This document shows, in pieces, positions 1-11,305 of a stretch of DNA of 37,641 nucleotides. Positions within the stretch are counted from its first letter, which is position 1. Each line of letters opens with the position of its first letter. The DNA lies in the NCBI RefSeq assembly GCF_001194135.2, contig NC_068982.1:65567674-65605314 (forward strand), written 5' to 3'. The notes below the pieces were generated by a model. The model searched no databases and was not told the DNA's origin. It worked only from the letters and a program-made list of their open reading frames with translations. Source of the stretch: Octopus bimaculoides. Its lineage: Eukaryota. Both the position numbers and the translations under genes were made by a program.

Positions 1-43
<43 letters not shown>

Positions 44-54
44 GACAGACACAC
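1..54. repeat. (AC)n/(ACAG)n microsatellite
   Basis: Read directly from the sequence. Confidence 0.98.
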
Positions 55-699
55 ATTCCCATTTTTATATATATAGATTACTCCTCACGAGCTTGCTCTG
101 GTATCTTGTCACTATCATCTATCTTCCTCCTAGCTACTACAACTCATTCAAAAAGGGTAAAAGAGGGGACAAAATGTAACAATAAGTCAAGTGAAGGAAG
201 ACAGTAAAGCAAGCCAAAAATTGCATACACAGTATACAATATGTACAATTTAATATCATCACATGGTCTAATGACTTTAATTTGAATCATAGGTCTTAAC
301 ACTTTCATGTCACATGGTTTGATGCCTTTAATTTGTGTGGTTGACTAAATATGCCTCCTATTTAACACCATTACCTTGGACATGCATGCCTTTAGTTAGT
401 TCATTGTATTGCAAGCTTTCAGAGCAGAATCCTGCTTCCCTTCTAGTCCATATTTTTCCCTGCAGACTTTGACTGATCTGAGAGAGCCAGCAAAAGTCAT
501 AGGTACTGCCTCTTCTCTCCTAAATTACATAAAGTGAATAAATAAATAAAAATTAAATTAAAAAATTTTTTAAATAACATTACCAGTACTTATTCTATTG
601 GCTCACCTCCTCAACCTCCACTTACCCACTCCTCCTTCCCATCAAGAGGGTTTGATCTCAGAATATCAAAAGATGAAAATAGATACTATTATTTACTGA

Positions 700-870
700 G
701 GTGCTAGCATAGCTATGTGATTAAGAAGGTTCTTTCCGACTACCTGGTTTTGGGTTCAGTTTCCCTATGTGGCACCATCAACAAGTGTCTTCTATAGCCT
801 CAGGGTGACCAAAGCCTTCTCAGTGGATCTGATAAATGAAAACTGAAAAAAACGTGTGTGTGTGTGTAAG
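700..870 (+). mobile_element. SINE family B-type head, decayed, running into a microsatellite
   Basis: gggttcagtttccctatgtggcacc...aagtgtcttctatagcctcagggtgaccaaagcctt...gaaactgaaa. Confidence 0.75.
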
Positions 871-994
871 TAAATATATATATAAATATATATATATATG
901 TATATATATGTATGTATATGTATGTATGTATATATATGTATATATATATATGTATATATATGTATGTATATATGTATATATATATGTATATATG

Positions 995-1025
<31 letters not shown>

Positions 1026-1060
1026 GTTTCTTTTTTTATACATACGTATATATATATATA
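855..1060. repeat. Compound (TG)/(TA)/(TATG) microsatellite
   Basis: Read directly; source of the spurious YI-rich ORFs. Confidence 0.97.
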
Positions 1061-1076
1061 GCAATAAGAAAATGGA

Positions 1077-1418
1077 GACACTGTACTATGTTAATTAACC
1101 TATTTATTTTTCAACCAAAAGGATAATAAAGACAACATACAAACACGTATGACACACTATGTAGACACTGTACTATGTTAATTAACCTATTTATTTTTCA
1201 ACCAAAAGGACAATAAAGACAATATACAAACAAATATGACACACTATGTCATATCAACAATTAAAAATTCAAATTTCAAAAGGACATCTGGTAACCGTCC
1301 TTTTAAATTTTTAATTTCTAAGTGTTGATATGACATAGTGTGTCATATTTGTTTGTATATTGTCTTTATTGTCCTTTTGGTTGAAAAATAAATAGGTTAA
1401 TTAACATAGTACACTGTC
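1077..1418. repeat. Foldback palindrome (MITE-like), 96-bp arms at 1164-1259 and 1323-1418, plus an 87-bp tandem extra copy of the left arm (1077-1163)
   Basis: The arms are reverse complements except for one base near the outer end. The spacer contains further inverted repeats (attaaaaatt/aatttttaat, aaaaggac/gtcctttt). Confidence 0.93.
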
Positions 1419-1577
1419 AGCAAGCTGATGAGTACCACATATTCCCCTCCATTATCTTATTGCTACATAAATTTAGGGTAAAACCTCCTTTTACCCACAC
1501 CCACTTATTGCACTTGGTAAACACACTAGTGTAATAATAATTGGGTATATATATATGTGTATATATATATATATGTA

Positions 1578-1899
1578 TCGTGGCCGTTGCCAGTACCGCC
1601 TGATTGGCTCCCGTAGGATTTTTGAGCGAGATCGTTGCCAGTGCCCCTGGACTGGCTTGTGCGGGTGGCACATAAAAGACACCATTTCGAGTGTGGCCGT
1701 TTTCGTGCGGGTGACACGTAAAAGCACCCACTACACTCTCTGAGTGGTTGGCGTTAGGAAGGGCATCCAGCTGTAGAAACTCTGCCAAATTAGATTGGAG
1801 CCTGGTGTAGCCATCCGGTTTCACCAGTCCTCAGTCAAATCATCCAACCCATGCTAGCATGGAAAGCGGACGTTAAACGATGATGATGATGATGATGAT

Positions 1900-1900
<1 letters not shown>
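1578..1900 (+). mobile_element. Young 5'-truncated RTE 3' end (or RTE-derived SINE) with (GAT)n tail
   Basis: gagtggttggcgttaggaagggcatccagctgtagaaactctgccaaat...ccaacccatgctagcatggaaagcggacgttaaacgatgatgat. Near-identical to 19455-19613 and 28700-29005. Confidence 0.92.
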
Positions 1901-2190
<290 letters not shown>

Positions 2191-2702
2191 ATTATCCGAA
2201 GTGTACAGTATTACAAATCCTTTACAGCCAATCTTACCAATCGGTTTCACGCTAGGTACTCAATGGAGTGTTGAGTAACAATCTGATTATGTAACCTTGT
2301 GCTTATCAGAAGTAACTGTTATGAAATGAAATATGGTGACTTTTGGACTCTTACACAACTTACGCACACTCACACACACACATACATAAAACAAAACAGG
2401 AAATTGGAAATTTTTTCCTATTTCAAATTCTTCAGACAGAGAAAAATAAGAAATTCTAATAGGAAATTCCTTGCATGTCTATCTAAAACTTTGTAATTCC
2501 CGTTACCAAATGAAACATGTGTAATGGAGAATAAATAATACCCCAAAATTCCTTATTTCCAGTTTTGTCATACAATAACTTTGCAAATTATACTTCCATA
2601 ATTTTCAATATGTCTTTTGACTAACATATAGTAGAAACTGAGACTACATATTGGATTGTAATAATGGAATAAGCAGATATGCTTCAAGATGAAACAGCAA
2701 GG

Positions 2703-3072
2703 TTGTTGTTGGCACTCCGTTGCTTACGATGTCGAGGGTTCCAGTTGATCCGATCAACGGAACAGCCTGCTCGTGAATTTAACGTGCAAGTGGCTGAGCA
2801 CTCCACAGACACATGTACCCTTAACGTAGTTCTCAGGGATATTCAGCATGACACAGTGTGACAAGGCTGACCCTTTGAATTACAGGCACAACAGAAACAG
2901 GAAGTAAGAGTGAGAGAAAGTTGTGGTGAAAGAGTACAGCAGGGTTTGCGACCATCCTGCTGGAGCCTCGTGGAGCTTTATGTGTTTTCGCTCAATAAAC
3001 ACTCACAACGCCCGGTCTGGGAATCAAAACCGCGAGTCCGCTGCCCTAACCACTGGGCCATTGCGCCTCCAC
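2703..3072 (-). mobile_element. tRNA-derived SINE, family A, copy 1
   Basis: Minus-strand head GTGGAGGCGCAATGGCCCAGTGG (A box); short deletion next to the B box; (CAA)n tail. TSD gaaacagca(a/g)gg at 2691-2702 and 3073-3084. Confidence 0.92.
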
Positions 3073-3284
3073 GAAACAGCAGGGATTACTCTAACAATCT
3101 ACATTACATGTGTATGTTTGCTATGTGTACACATGTGTATGTTTGTATGTACCTTCTTGTCTTCATATAGCATGCTAGTTGTCAATGAGTGTCACTGTCA
3201 TTTCCAATTTTCTGCCATGATGAAATAGTTTCTTTGCTTGAAACAGAAGATTGGCAACAGGTAGGGCATCTGATTATGATTAAT

Positions 3285-3698
3285 CTCTCTTTACTCTTTT
3301 ACTTGTTTCAGTCATTTTGACTGTGACCATGCTGGAGCACCTCCTTTTAGTCGAGCTAATTGACCCCAGGACTTATTCTTTGTAAGCCTAGTACTTATTC
3401 TATCGGACTCTTTAGCCGAACCGCTAAGTTATGGTGACGTAAACACACCAGCATCGGTTGTCAAGCGATGTTGGGGGGACAAACACAGACACACACAAAC
3501 ATATACACACACATACATATATATATACATATATACGACGGGCTTCTTTCAGCCTCCGTCCACCAAATCCACCCACAAGCCTTTGGTCGGCCCGAGGCTA
3601 TAGTAGAAGACACTTGCCCAATGTGCCACGCAGTGGGACTGAACCCGGAACCATGTAGTTGATAAGCAAGCTACTTACCACATAGCCACTCCTACGCC
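3285..3698 (-). mobile_element. tRNA-derived SINE, family B, full length
   Basis: Head GGCGTAGGAGTGGCTATGTGGTAAG with B box GGGTTCAGTCCC, internal (TA/TG)n stretch, (AAAAGAGT)n tail. Reverse complement of the 21755-22170 copy. Confidence 0.92.
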
Positions 3699-5287
3699 TA
3701 CAAATTAACCTCAATAAACTCCATCTAACCCATGGAAACATGGAAAAGTGGACGTTAAAATGATGATGATGATGTGTTTTATGATTTCTGTTATTTCACT
3801 GACTTTAACCCAAATGCTGTAAATAATGTTAATATCTTTCTTTCCACAGTGGCTCGGTTTTTCATGAAATGGAGTATTGGCTTGAGTGTTATCAAGAAAG
3901 GATCAGCCTATGGCAAAAAGAATTAAACTTCCCCACTTTATATAGACNNNNNNNNNNNNNNNNNNNNNNNNNNNNNNNNNNNNNNNNNNNNNNNNNNNNN
4001 NTTGTTATTCATACTTGTATTTGTTGTGATTGGTTAATTATATTATAAACATTTTAACATATGGCAGCATATCTCTGTGAAAATATTCATGTGGTTTTTT
4101 TTTTCTTGTTTTTTTTTTCTTACATAGTTATTTCTCACACCTTACACACCTTCCCCCCACTCCAAATTGCCAAATTACAATTTTGTCTTTCACAACTCTA
4201 AACTGGAACTTATTTAAAATGTAAAAAAAAAAATTAAAAGAAAAAAAAAACAGAACTAAAAATTATAAATAAAAAAATTAAAAAGTTGTTAAATTTTGTT
4301 GATTAGTTGACCCTGAAGTTTACATATTTGCAAATTTAAAAGTTGAAATTATAGCTAATGTTGCTATGGAAATTGCTTGCATAAAACTGCTATATTTTCG
4401 GTCTTCCTGCATCTGTTTCACAGACCTTTTAAACAATAAAAATACAATTACCACAACCAGTCTTGGGATTGTTTCATTTACTTCTCTCTTGCAATAAAAT
4501 TATTTTCTCTTTCTTTGTCTCTGTTGACCTGTCTCTCTTTCTCTTTCTATCTGTCTCTCTCTCTCTCTCTCTATCTCAGTCAGTGTGTCTTTCTCTTTTC
4601 TGTCTCTTTTTCTCTTTCTTTCTCTCCCTGTCTGTCTTAGTCTGAGTGTATGCATATGTGTGTGTTTCTCTTTCTGTGTTGTCTGTCTGCTCTCTCCCTC
4701 TCATCTCTTTCAAGATATGGACTGGGCTATTGAACTTTATATAACTCAATACATATCTTGTAACAATACTTAGATGTTTTTACCTCCATTAAACCTACAT
4801 CAGCTATGGATTTTATTTTGTGTGAAATGTTAAACTGTTACTGACAAGTTGAACAGCCTTCGACCAGAATGATAGGCAAGCAGCATATATCCAACGCTCC
4901 TTTTAAAACAGATATTGATGTTGTTTTAGCTCTGTCATCTTTGAAGCAGACTCATAATTTAAGCCATTCCAGCCATGACCATCCTTCTTATGAGTATCTT
5001 ACTCTACATTATCTAATGTGCCCTTTCTTTAGATAAAACGATAGGATATGATTTGAGGGAGAATTGGCTGCTATTTCTTGCAACTATATAGAGATTTCCC
5101 TGCAGATTCTGATGTAAGGTTGACTGGTGCTGTCTAAACAATATCTTTGAGATTTACTGTCAAGCGCTACCACTATATATTCTATTATATATCTATCTCC
5201 ACTTAAACATGGATATTCTGTTAGAATAAACTATACCGCGATAGATACCATGAGAGAAACTCTCTTATTATGATAACATCATCACAC

Positions 5288-5482
5288 CATCCTGCAGATG
5301 GTGAGCAGCTTATAGCAACAGTTGGAAGTTTGTTTACACCAACACTTGGAGCATTGATTACACTTACATTTAAAGCGTGACTGCTGCTATTACATAATGC
5401 TTGGGAATTTGAATGGGTTAACAGAACCTGCATAACTGAACATTTCTCAGACTGTTTTTCTTCTGAAGATAGGCCTTTGTGT
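5288..5482 (-). CDS. Candidate Ser-rich exon of an unidentified gene: HKGLSSEEKQSEKCSVMQVLLTHSNSQALCNSSSHALN(VSVINAPSVGVNKLPTVAISCSPSAG)
   Basis: Acceptor cctttatatttcag; donors AAT|gtaagt (5368) or ATG|gtgtga (5288). Lies in a stop-free frame of about 120 codons. The strand is ambiguous because the plus frame is also nearly open. Confidence 0.3.
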
Positions 5483-6389
5483 CTGAAATATAAAGGTTTC
5501 TGCATTGTCAGAAGCTTTCTATTTTCTCTCTTTTTACCTTCTTTGAAATTACAATGCTTCAAATGAACTACAATGCCCTTATCTCATATTGGCTTTTGGT
5601 GCAAAATGCACTCATTTATATTGCTACCAGGGAGATAACTCCTTCCACCTCCAGGGCCAAGACCACTAGATCACATGATTTCAACCTTCCTTAGTCTTGT
5701 CAATGATGGCTGCTCGACTGCTAGAGAAAACAGCAACTCTTCTCCCCACCAGTGATATATAGAATAATAGGGCCAGTACTGAGCCAGACATCTATTATAT
5801 AAATTTGTAAATAAATTTGTTGTTTAACTCCTGAGAAAATAATGAGGATTCCATTCATGGAATGCTTAGGAGCTAGATTATTTTTTTTCATTTCGTTAGG
5901 TATAGACATGGCTGATGATTAAGATCAATGTTGTGCAAATGTCTTCTACTAAAGCAAAATGATGTTATGTTTGTAGTCCTTGTTGATATGATGGTCGCTC
6001 TGTGCTTTTGGAGACCTGTTCAATAAGAAATCCCTTACTTGCAAAACAGGTAAGGGTTAGCGATAATATAAACCAGCTATGTGTAAACTCTTGCCTGAAA
6101 TATGTCCCTATCCAACCTGTGCTAGCAAAGAAAAGCAGATGTTAAATGAACAAATATACTGTACCTAAAGTCTATGTTATCCAATGTAGTTTTCATGTTC
6201 TCTTTTTAAAGAGGACAATGTATGATTTGAGGGTAACTTAGTTGTTTTTTGTAGCTAGTCAAGTAACTATTCATTGGCTCATTTTACTATGAGGTTCAGT
6301 GCAGATGACCTTTGCAGGCCTTTTTAGACATACGAGATTGATGTGGTTGATTTTCTGTGTAAACATCTGTAATTCAATGATTGCAAGAT

Positions 6390-6780
6390 TGTTGTTGTTG
6401 TTGGCACTCCGTCGCACACGACGTCGAGGGTTCCAATTGATCCGATCAACGGAACAACCTGCTCGTGAAATTAACGTGCAAGTGGCTGAGCACTCCACAG
6501 ACATGTGTACCCTTAACATAGTTCTTGGAGATATCCAGCGTGACACAGTGTGACAAGGCTGACCCTTTGAATTACAGGTGCAACAGAAACAGGAAGTAAG
6601 AGTGAGAGAAAGTTGTGGTGAAAGAGTACAGCAGGGTTCGCCACCAACCCCTGCCGGAGCCTCGTGGAGCTTTAGGTGTTTTCGCTCAATAAACACTCAC
6701 AACGCCCGGTCTGGGAATCGAAACTGCGATCCTATGACCGCGAGTCCGCTGCCCTAACCACTGGGCCATTGCGCCTCCAC
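6390..6780 (-). mobile_element. tRNA-derived SINE, family A, copy 2 (full length)
   Basis: Highly similar to the copies at 2703 and 21191. A and B boxes TGGCCCAGTGG / GTTTCGATTCC. TSD attgcaagat at 6380-89 and 6782-91. Confidence 0.93.
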
Positions 6781-6789
6781 AATTGCAAG

Positions 6790-6890
6790 ATAAGCATGGA
6801 CAGAAAGGGAATTCCAGAGGTTTAGAGTCCTGGGGTGGAAGGATTTGACAGTGTTTAGAATAGAATCTGAAAGATGAGACACAGTGAACA
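6790..6890 (-). mobile_element. Short LINE C-terminal remnant
   Basis: SFHPRTLNLWNSL resembles the SF.PRT..LWNSLP motif at L2/Jockey ORF2 ends. Confidence 0.5.
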
Positions 6891-8031
6891 TAATTGAAGG
6901 GGGAGAGATGAGTGGCCTGGGTATTGTCATCATTTTATGTCTGCTTTCCATGCTGGCATGGATTGGACATTTTAGCAGAATCTAATAGATTGAAGGGATT
7001 ACATCTTGCCCCGGTTTCCCAGTTTTGTTATGGTTTAAGATTTTCCTTATTCTGTCTACATTACAGAGTGTACTGGATGCTTTTTTGTGGAACCAGCACT
7101 AATAAAGTGGCCTTGTAACTTGCAAGACCAAAGAGCACCCCCTCTACTGAGAACGAGGATAAGAGGGAGGGAGAGAAGCAAAGAGAAGAAACTGCACATC
7201 TGTGAACCAATAGTTGTAGTGTTTTGATGAGTGAATGGGATTTTTTAGATGCAGACTAGGATGTTTATGTGTAGCAATAGCACCATTCCAGGGACCTGAA
7301 CAATACTCCAGTGTTAGTCTTATTTGAATCTTGTGCTAGGTTACCAACAGATCAGAACTGAAGTATTTTCAGGGTCTAAAAATTAATTCCAGTCTTTGTG
7401 GTACTCTTTTAGCAATATCACTAATATGTGTCTGTGTTTAGGCATGTGATGAAAAATCCTCAGATTTTATGAGGCCTAGTATTTGTAATAACTTAGAAGG
7501 TTATATTTGAGTATTACTCATACCTAGAGAGGGCAAAGTATAAGACTTATTTTCTTTATATGTAGTAATTGTATCAAGGCCTCATGGAAGAATGTTCTTA
7601 AGGAGGACATGCTAGCCATTATCATAATCATTTAGCATCCATATTTCGTCCTGACCATTCTTCTCATCTTATATGTCCTTCATCCCCACCTCACCTATAT
7701 TCATTATACACCTTTTATTCTTCCTCACTTTTAGTGGCCACTTTAGGCTCATAGCCTTCCAAATTACAAAACAATCTTCAAAAGAACTGGTGCCATACAA
7801 AAAGCACCCAGTACACTCAGTAAAGTGGTTGGTGCTAACATCCAGAAAAGGCATCAAGCCATAGAAACCATGCTAAAGTAGACATGGGAGTGTGACTCAG
7901 TCCTCTGACTTATCAGATTTTGTCAAACCATTCTACCCATGTCAGCATTGAAGCTGGACATTAAATGATAAGGATGATATATGTTTAATCCATGACCATG
8001 AGTCTGACAATATATTTTGTTCTGTCTCAAG

Positions 8032-8159
8032 GCTCATCAAGAACTGAAGGCAGTAGAGATATGCCTGACTATGTTCCCATGAATATGTCACCATGCCCAA
8101 GAAGATATATTACAATTCCAGAAACTTTGTCAAACCATTGTATTGATAGTTATGGGCAG
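8032..8159 (+). CDS. Candidate internal exon of an unidentified gene: GSSRTEGSRDMPDYVPMNMSPCPRRYITIPETLSNHCIDSYGQ
   Basis: Acceptor atattttgttctgtctcaag, donor CAG|gtacat. Lies in a 98-aa ORF with A/T-ending codon bias; the complementary minus frame has three stops here. No family recognised. Confidence 0.45.
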
Positions 8160-8349
8160 GTACATATTGACATCTTATCATCTTTTGGTCTCAATTGGAA
8201 GATGTGTTTTGTCCAAAATAGATATTCAGCCTCTTTGAGGACTCCTGAAAAGTTTGATAAAGCTTCTATAATTGTAATAAAAATATGAATTTATATTCAT
8301 TATATTGAGTATTTTCATTTTTAACGTATGAGACTTGCTCAACATCTTT

Positions 8350-8800
8350 ATGTATGCGTGTGTACATGCATGGTGATGTTAAGAAGTTTGCTTTCCAACC
8401 ATACAATTTTGGATATAGTCCCACTGCACAGCATGTCTTCTACTATAGCTCTGGGCTGACCAGAGTCTTGTGAATAGATTTGGTTGACAGAAACTGAAAG
8501 GCACCCATTGTTGTTTGCATGTGTATGTGCACAGGTGGGTGTGTTGTGTCTTGTTTTGATATTGTACAATAGCTGTATTGCACAATATCACAGTATGAAT
8601 GTTACTGTCATACAAGGATCTTAATCATGTCTAATCTTTTGTGAAAACATGTCCAACCATGGGGAAACATTCCTTTACTTGAAAACAGGTGAGTTGACGA
8701 CAGGCAAGGCATCTGGCAAAAGGAAATCTGCCTCAGCATATTCCATCTGACACATGAGAGGATAGAAAAGTGTACGTTAAATGATGTTGATGATATATAT
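8350..8800 (+). mobile_element. Composite SINE (family B-like head plus RTE-like tail), family D
   Basis: Head gtcttctactatagctctgggctgacc, body cttgaaaacaggtgag, tail gaaaagtgtacgttaaatgatgttgatga. Flanked by a 23-nt duplication. Related pieces at about 3115-3270 plus 3715-3775, 5990-6150 and 25755-25925. Confidence 0.7.
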
Positions 8801-10013
8801 ACATATATATATGAAACTTGCTCAACATCTTTCTTTATATATGTATGTGTGTGTGAAAAGATGACAGAGCAAGTGACTCCTGCTAGCCTGCTTGAGGTTG
8901 AAAATTAGTTAAAATAGCTAATAGTGATTTTCTGTAATAAAATTTAAAAAAATTTAAAAAAAATAATCTCATATATGTCAAATTTAATTTAATAGTCCAT
9001 ACATTGTGTGCTGATTTCTGCAATAGCATTTAAGAAATGACATTTCTTGGCCTAAATAAATTGTATTTGTAAGAAATTTCTTTTAGAACAATTTTGAAGA
9101 ATGAAAACCACAAAATGGCAAAAAGGAGGATTTACTTGCATTGCCAACAATCTCCATTTACTCCAAGACAAGCTTTAAATGGAGAAATTTAGGATACTTG
9201 CAACATACAGGATTGTTTACATTACATCATTGTAATGTTTAAAATTTGTGTTAAAAGTGAACTGTTGTCAAATGATCAAATATCTCCCTCATGATGTTGA
9301 TGCTACTAGAGAATTGTTATGAGAGGAGTGGTCACTAACTGAAACAAATGGAATTTTCGTTTTCCTTTTTTTTTTTTGTAATGTTTTAAGCATTCTAATA
9401 TTACAAATTGTTGTTTTTAACAATTAACAATTTTACTGTTTAAATAAGAAACTGTAGCTGAGACTAAAGATAGCACACCAGCCTATAACCTGAAGAGTGT
9501 CTGATTTCAAGCACAATACTATGTGGCACTCAAGACAAAGACACTTAAATACTCTCAAAAACTCAATTCAATAGGCAGTAGATAGATATAATGTGAAGGT
9601 ACATGTGTCTCCTAGCAAATAGTTAATACAGTTTCACTGCTATAGACAGAGGCAGCTGATTATACTGAGCTTGGGTCCTCTTTTAAGGAACAAACAACTC
9701 CAGTTAACCTAAGTTAATGAAGTCCTGTAATGATGATTCTCACAGAACATCTAACAGTTTTTCTTTCCATTCCTAGTTCAATTTCATGATAAATTATGCA
9801 ATGATATAATCTTATAGAGTCACAGAAAATCAACTTCAAAAATTTCTGTTAAACCCTCTTGATACCATAATGTTTGAGACCACTCCTGGTTTCATGATAA
9901 AAGCTTCCTAAATTAAACCAATCTGCATAAAAACCTTCCATCAAAATTTCATGGTTATTGCTCACTAAATCAGCTTATAAACAACGAAGTTATTCTAATC
10001 ACTAATAATGAGG

Positions 10014-10372
10014 CAAAATTTTGTTGTGTTTAGAAAGTTATCATGCCATTATTATTAACATGCACTGGTTCAGTTCCATTCCTTTATTATTAGCCAATTG
10101 GTTAAATATCCAACTAAATAATCAATTGTTTGTTTAGTTTGGTTAAACAGCCTTGGACTAAAAAAAAAGTCACTGAAAAGGTTGTAAGTAATAACAAAAG
10201 GAATTTGACAAACAAAAACAAAATAAATGACTTGCTATTAAACCAAATTAACCAAGCATCTGATTAGTTAGTTGGCTATTTAAACAATTGACAAATAATA
10301 AAGGAGTGAAATTAAACCAGTGCATATGTTAATAATATTGGCATAATGACTCTCTAACCACAAAAAAATTTG
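10014..10372. repeat. Degenerate foldback element with arms of about 137 bp (10014-10150 and 10235-10372)
   Basis: catgccattattattaacatgcactggt...cctttattatt pairs with aataataaagg...accagtgcatatgttaataatattggcata; roughly 80% identity by eye. Confidence 0.85.
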
Positions 10373-10423
10373 TTTCAACACAAATTTACATAAAGAGTCT
10401 TGCAAACCAGATACAAAAACGAA

Positions 10424-11305
10424 GTTGAGTAGAAAATTTTGCAATATTTTGGTAACTTATTTGCTTTATTTCTCAAGTTACATCAAAGGCAGCTGAGCAT
10501 TCAAAGTAGAGGCCATCATGTTGCACCATCTAAAGCCACCTTTCTGCCAGTTCTTTGATCCCATGCTGATACTAGTTCTTGTCCTTCGAGACAAAGAACT
10601 CCTTCACTAAAGCTTCCATGTCCTCTTGGTTGATGAAGTTTCATGAGTGCAGGAAGTAAGCCATGGTTCAAAACAAGTAATAATCAGTGGGAGTCACGTC
10701 CACACTATATGCTGGATATGGCATCAGTTTGATTCCTGCAAGTTCCTGAAGTTTATTCTGGGTTGTTCAAGCAGTATAAGGTCAAGCATTGTCTTGCTTT
10801 AGAAGAGTTCACTTTCTGTTAACAATTGCAACACAATGGCATTCATCCATGAGATACCAAGCTTACCTGATATTCTCCAAGTGCTATTTACCAGATTTAC
10901 CTAAGGCTTGGAGCACAGGCTCAAAATCCATGGTTTTAGGCCTACCTGATCATTGAAGTTCTTGCAACCTGAGCAAATTTTCTTGAACCATCTGGTTACT
11001 GTACCATGATCAACAGCACTTTCACCTTTCACACAACAAATGTTTTTGATTGCTTCTGCAGCGTTATGGCTTTGTTCAAACTCATAAAGCATAAGTCCCC
11101 AAATTAGTCTATGTTGCATATTCGTTTGTATGGATTCTAAATCACTTACAGAATGAAGCAATGCACAATGTGTCAGCGCACCAACTACCATGATACTACC
11201 AACCTCAGTGGGTACTTTCCACAGCTTGAATTGCTTTGATTACATGATATACATACTACAAACTAAAATGTTTGCAAATATTGCAAAACTTTTGACTTGT
11301 CTCAA
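10424..11305 (-). mobile_element. Internally deleted, decayed mariner element of a second family
   Basis: N-terminal HTH remnant LMLYEFEQSHNAAEAIKNIC...TVTRWFKKI (10901-11191) and C-terminal remnant PAYSVDVTPTDYYLF...GIKELAERW (about 10500-10720). Degenerate TIRs: aaaattttgcaatattt and aaatattgcaaaactttt. Confidence 0.85.

Noticed and set aside
1417-1824. Repeated ORF MKPDGYTRLQSNLAEFLQLDALPNANH (also at 19243-19533 and 28513-28932), which looks like a paralogous gene family
   Set aside because: It is the antisense reading of the RTE 3' UTR repeat. The 28.5 kb copy also overlaps a real SFXN2 exon in another frame.
2703-3072. tRNA-like A and B boxes
   Set aside because: These are SINE heads followed by a SINE body and TSDs, not tRNA genes.
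2679-3228. Repeated ORFs with RGFQLIRSTEQPARE.NVQVAEHSTD (also at 6271-6696)
   Set aside because: They are read-throughs of SINE family A.
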